From Antedon mediterranea (taxonomy: Eukaryota; Animalia; Echinodermata), in assembly GCF_964355755.1 (NCBI RefSeq), contig NC_092672.1:33362437-33426436 (forward strand): 64,000 nt of DNA, written 5' to 3'. Below, one piece after another: positions 62,501 through 64,000 of the stretch; the first letter of the stretch is position 1; the number at the start of each line of letters is the position of its first letter. Below the pieces are notes generated by a model that worked only from the letters and a program-made list of their open reading frames with translations, searched no databases and was not told the DNA's origin. The position numbers and the translations under genes are program-made.

Positions 62501-64000
62501 CTTAATTGAGAGGCTGGACACTATTGTCACCAGTAGGCACAATATCGACATCACACTTCCTACATACGTCACTATGTCCAAAATCAATTCAACATGTCCT
62601 GACAAATTGTTATGAAACTGAAAAATCTCGAATATTTGAATGTTTATATCGATTTTTATTGGAGGCCCAAAATAATTGACTGAGAAATGAATGCATCAAT
62701 TTCGTAAATAAGGAAATCAAAGTAAAAACTTACAAATAAAACTGCAAAATTTGTAAGATGTGTACAGTGGCATTCTATACTGCCCTCATCGTCTATATTG
62801 ACTAGCATACACCCTTCTTCTGACCAATCACCAAAGCCGTTGAGAGTTGAGTTCCAAAACACACAGGTAGCATTTTGATTTGCATTAACCTGATCCAAAA
62901 AATGAATAAAATTATTCCTTCGTTATGATTTTGATGTGATCCATTTGTCTTTGTAGATTCGATAGTCGATTTTTACGTTAGGTAGTGGTGGATAGACGTA
63001 AATGTAAATCCAAACTCGTCCGAGTCGTCGCTTGTTATTGCTCAAATGTCACAGATATCATAAAACGAGTTATATATAAAATGAACATTTTTGCTTTCTG
63101 AAAATGATAGTAGTCTACCTTAGGAGTATTGAAGACAATTTTAACAGGTTCTTCAAACACAGTTGGAAGGCTGTCGTCATACACAGTGGCTGATAGAATA
63201 ACACTCGATAATTTGAGATCTGGATAACTCGACGACTGGAACAATTTGGAATTGTAATATGATGTAAAACTCACATTGGACCACGCATTATCTGTTCAAA
63301 AAAAATTATGTGAAGCATTTTGCAGATTATAACACAATATTAATAATATGTTATTAATTATTATTTAATATAGGATATGCCTGTAATATCATGTAGAATT
63401 ATTACTACTATTACTATCGTAATTATTACATCAGAGGTAAAAAAGAATATTTTAAAGCGAAATCAAAAGAGAGCGGCTCGAATTGTTACTCAAATATTTG
63501 ATTTTATTAAGAGGTGATGGCTAACTTTTGAAGAGAGAAGATATTCCTAGTTACTCTAATTTATAAATGTGTTCACGGCCTTGCGCTAACGAGATTATTA
63601 AACGAAATTAGCTGATTGGCGTTATTCATACTCACTTGAAACGTGGAGTAGAACGCCTAAATATAACAATACAATTAGTAAGATGAACTCGTCGTTCAAA
63701 ATTGCAGGCGCAAAAATATGGAATAACCTGCCAACTGAAATTAAATTTTTCCCAACAATTGCTTCATTCAAAGCTAGATGCAGATCTTTCTTCTCACAAA
63801 CATATTTTTCCCTGATTTTAAATAAATAAATAAATCAATCAATTAGGACTATAATTATACAGTGGTACAACTGAATAATGCAATGTAGGCCTACATACCG
63901 TTTGTAACCAGATCACGTGGTAATGTGATAGACTGATGATGACTCCTACAACGACCATCAACACAAACCTGAGTCACTTTCTTATCTTCTTTCACCAGGA
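59485..64000 (-). CDS. Adhesion GPCR paralog E, 3' half (GAIN/GPS-7TM), C-tail truncated
   Basis: Exons 63899->64000, 63119-63291, 62734-62889 (GPS ...CHCTHL|TNFAVLF), 62502-62617, 61757-62022, 60727-60793, 59485-59857; open and phase-compatible. Confidence 0.85.
59945..60390. repeat. 18/19-bp minisatellite (TCACATAAAGACCAATTT)
   Basis: About 23 copies; a 3-4-copy version lies at 32150-32215 in the same intron of paralog D. Confidence 0.9.
61320..61550. repeat. 15-bp minisatellite (AAACGCGGAAAGGGC)
   Basis: About 14 copies; same family as 32495-32800. Confidence 0.85.
62080..62450 (+). mobile_element. LINE 3'-end remnant in an intron
   Basis: SFSYLAPKLYN-like terminus, AT-rich UTR, A-rich tail. 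Confidence 0.45.
63480..63835 (+). mobile_element. LINE 3'-end remnant in an intron
   Basis: IYKCVHGLA...SFKIAGAKIWNNLPTEIK..SFK, followed by an (AAAT)n tail. Confidence 0.6.

Overview
AT-rich, intron-containing eukaryotic DNA, most likely a marine invertebrate deuterostome (echinoderm-like, inferred from the HYR domains and TE families). The window holds a head-to-tail tandem array of five paralogous adhesion GPCR (aGPCR, ADGRG-like GAIN/GPS-7TM) genes, all on the minus strand, reconstructed by hand from GT-AG splice sites. Copy A (651-4032) has signal peptide, Thr-rich mucin and HYR exons; its 3' part is off-window or disrupted by a LINE. Copy B (8055-13716) is a pseudogene. Copy C (14962-29035) is intact, about 3092 aa, with a 7.1-kb mucin exon of about 78 x 84-bp repeats plus HYR. 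Copy D (31556-55238) is intact, about 820 aa, with CUB and a short mucin. Copy E (59485->64000) is the 3' half, with its C-tail cut by a LINE. The GAIN-7TM cores are closely similar, while the ectodomains differ greatly in length, domain content and glycosylation sequons. Introns and spacers contain a Penelope-like element with an inverted pLTR and a hammerhead-like motif, a TSD-flanked Tx1/L1-like LINE, a near-complete CR1-type LINE, a Gmr1-type (PR-IN-RT order) Gypsy element with nested LINEs, a MetaSINE, Helentron-like non-autonomous elements, MITEs and several minisatellites. All calls are by eye, with no database searches.
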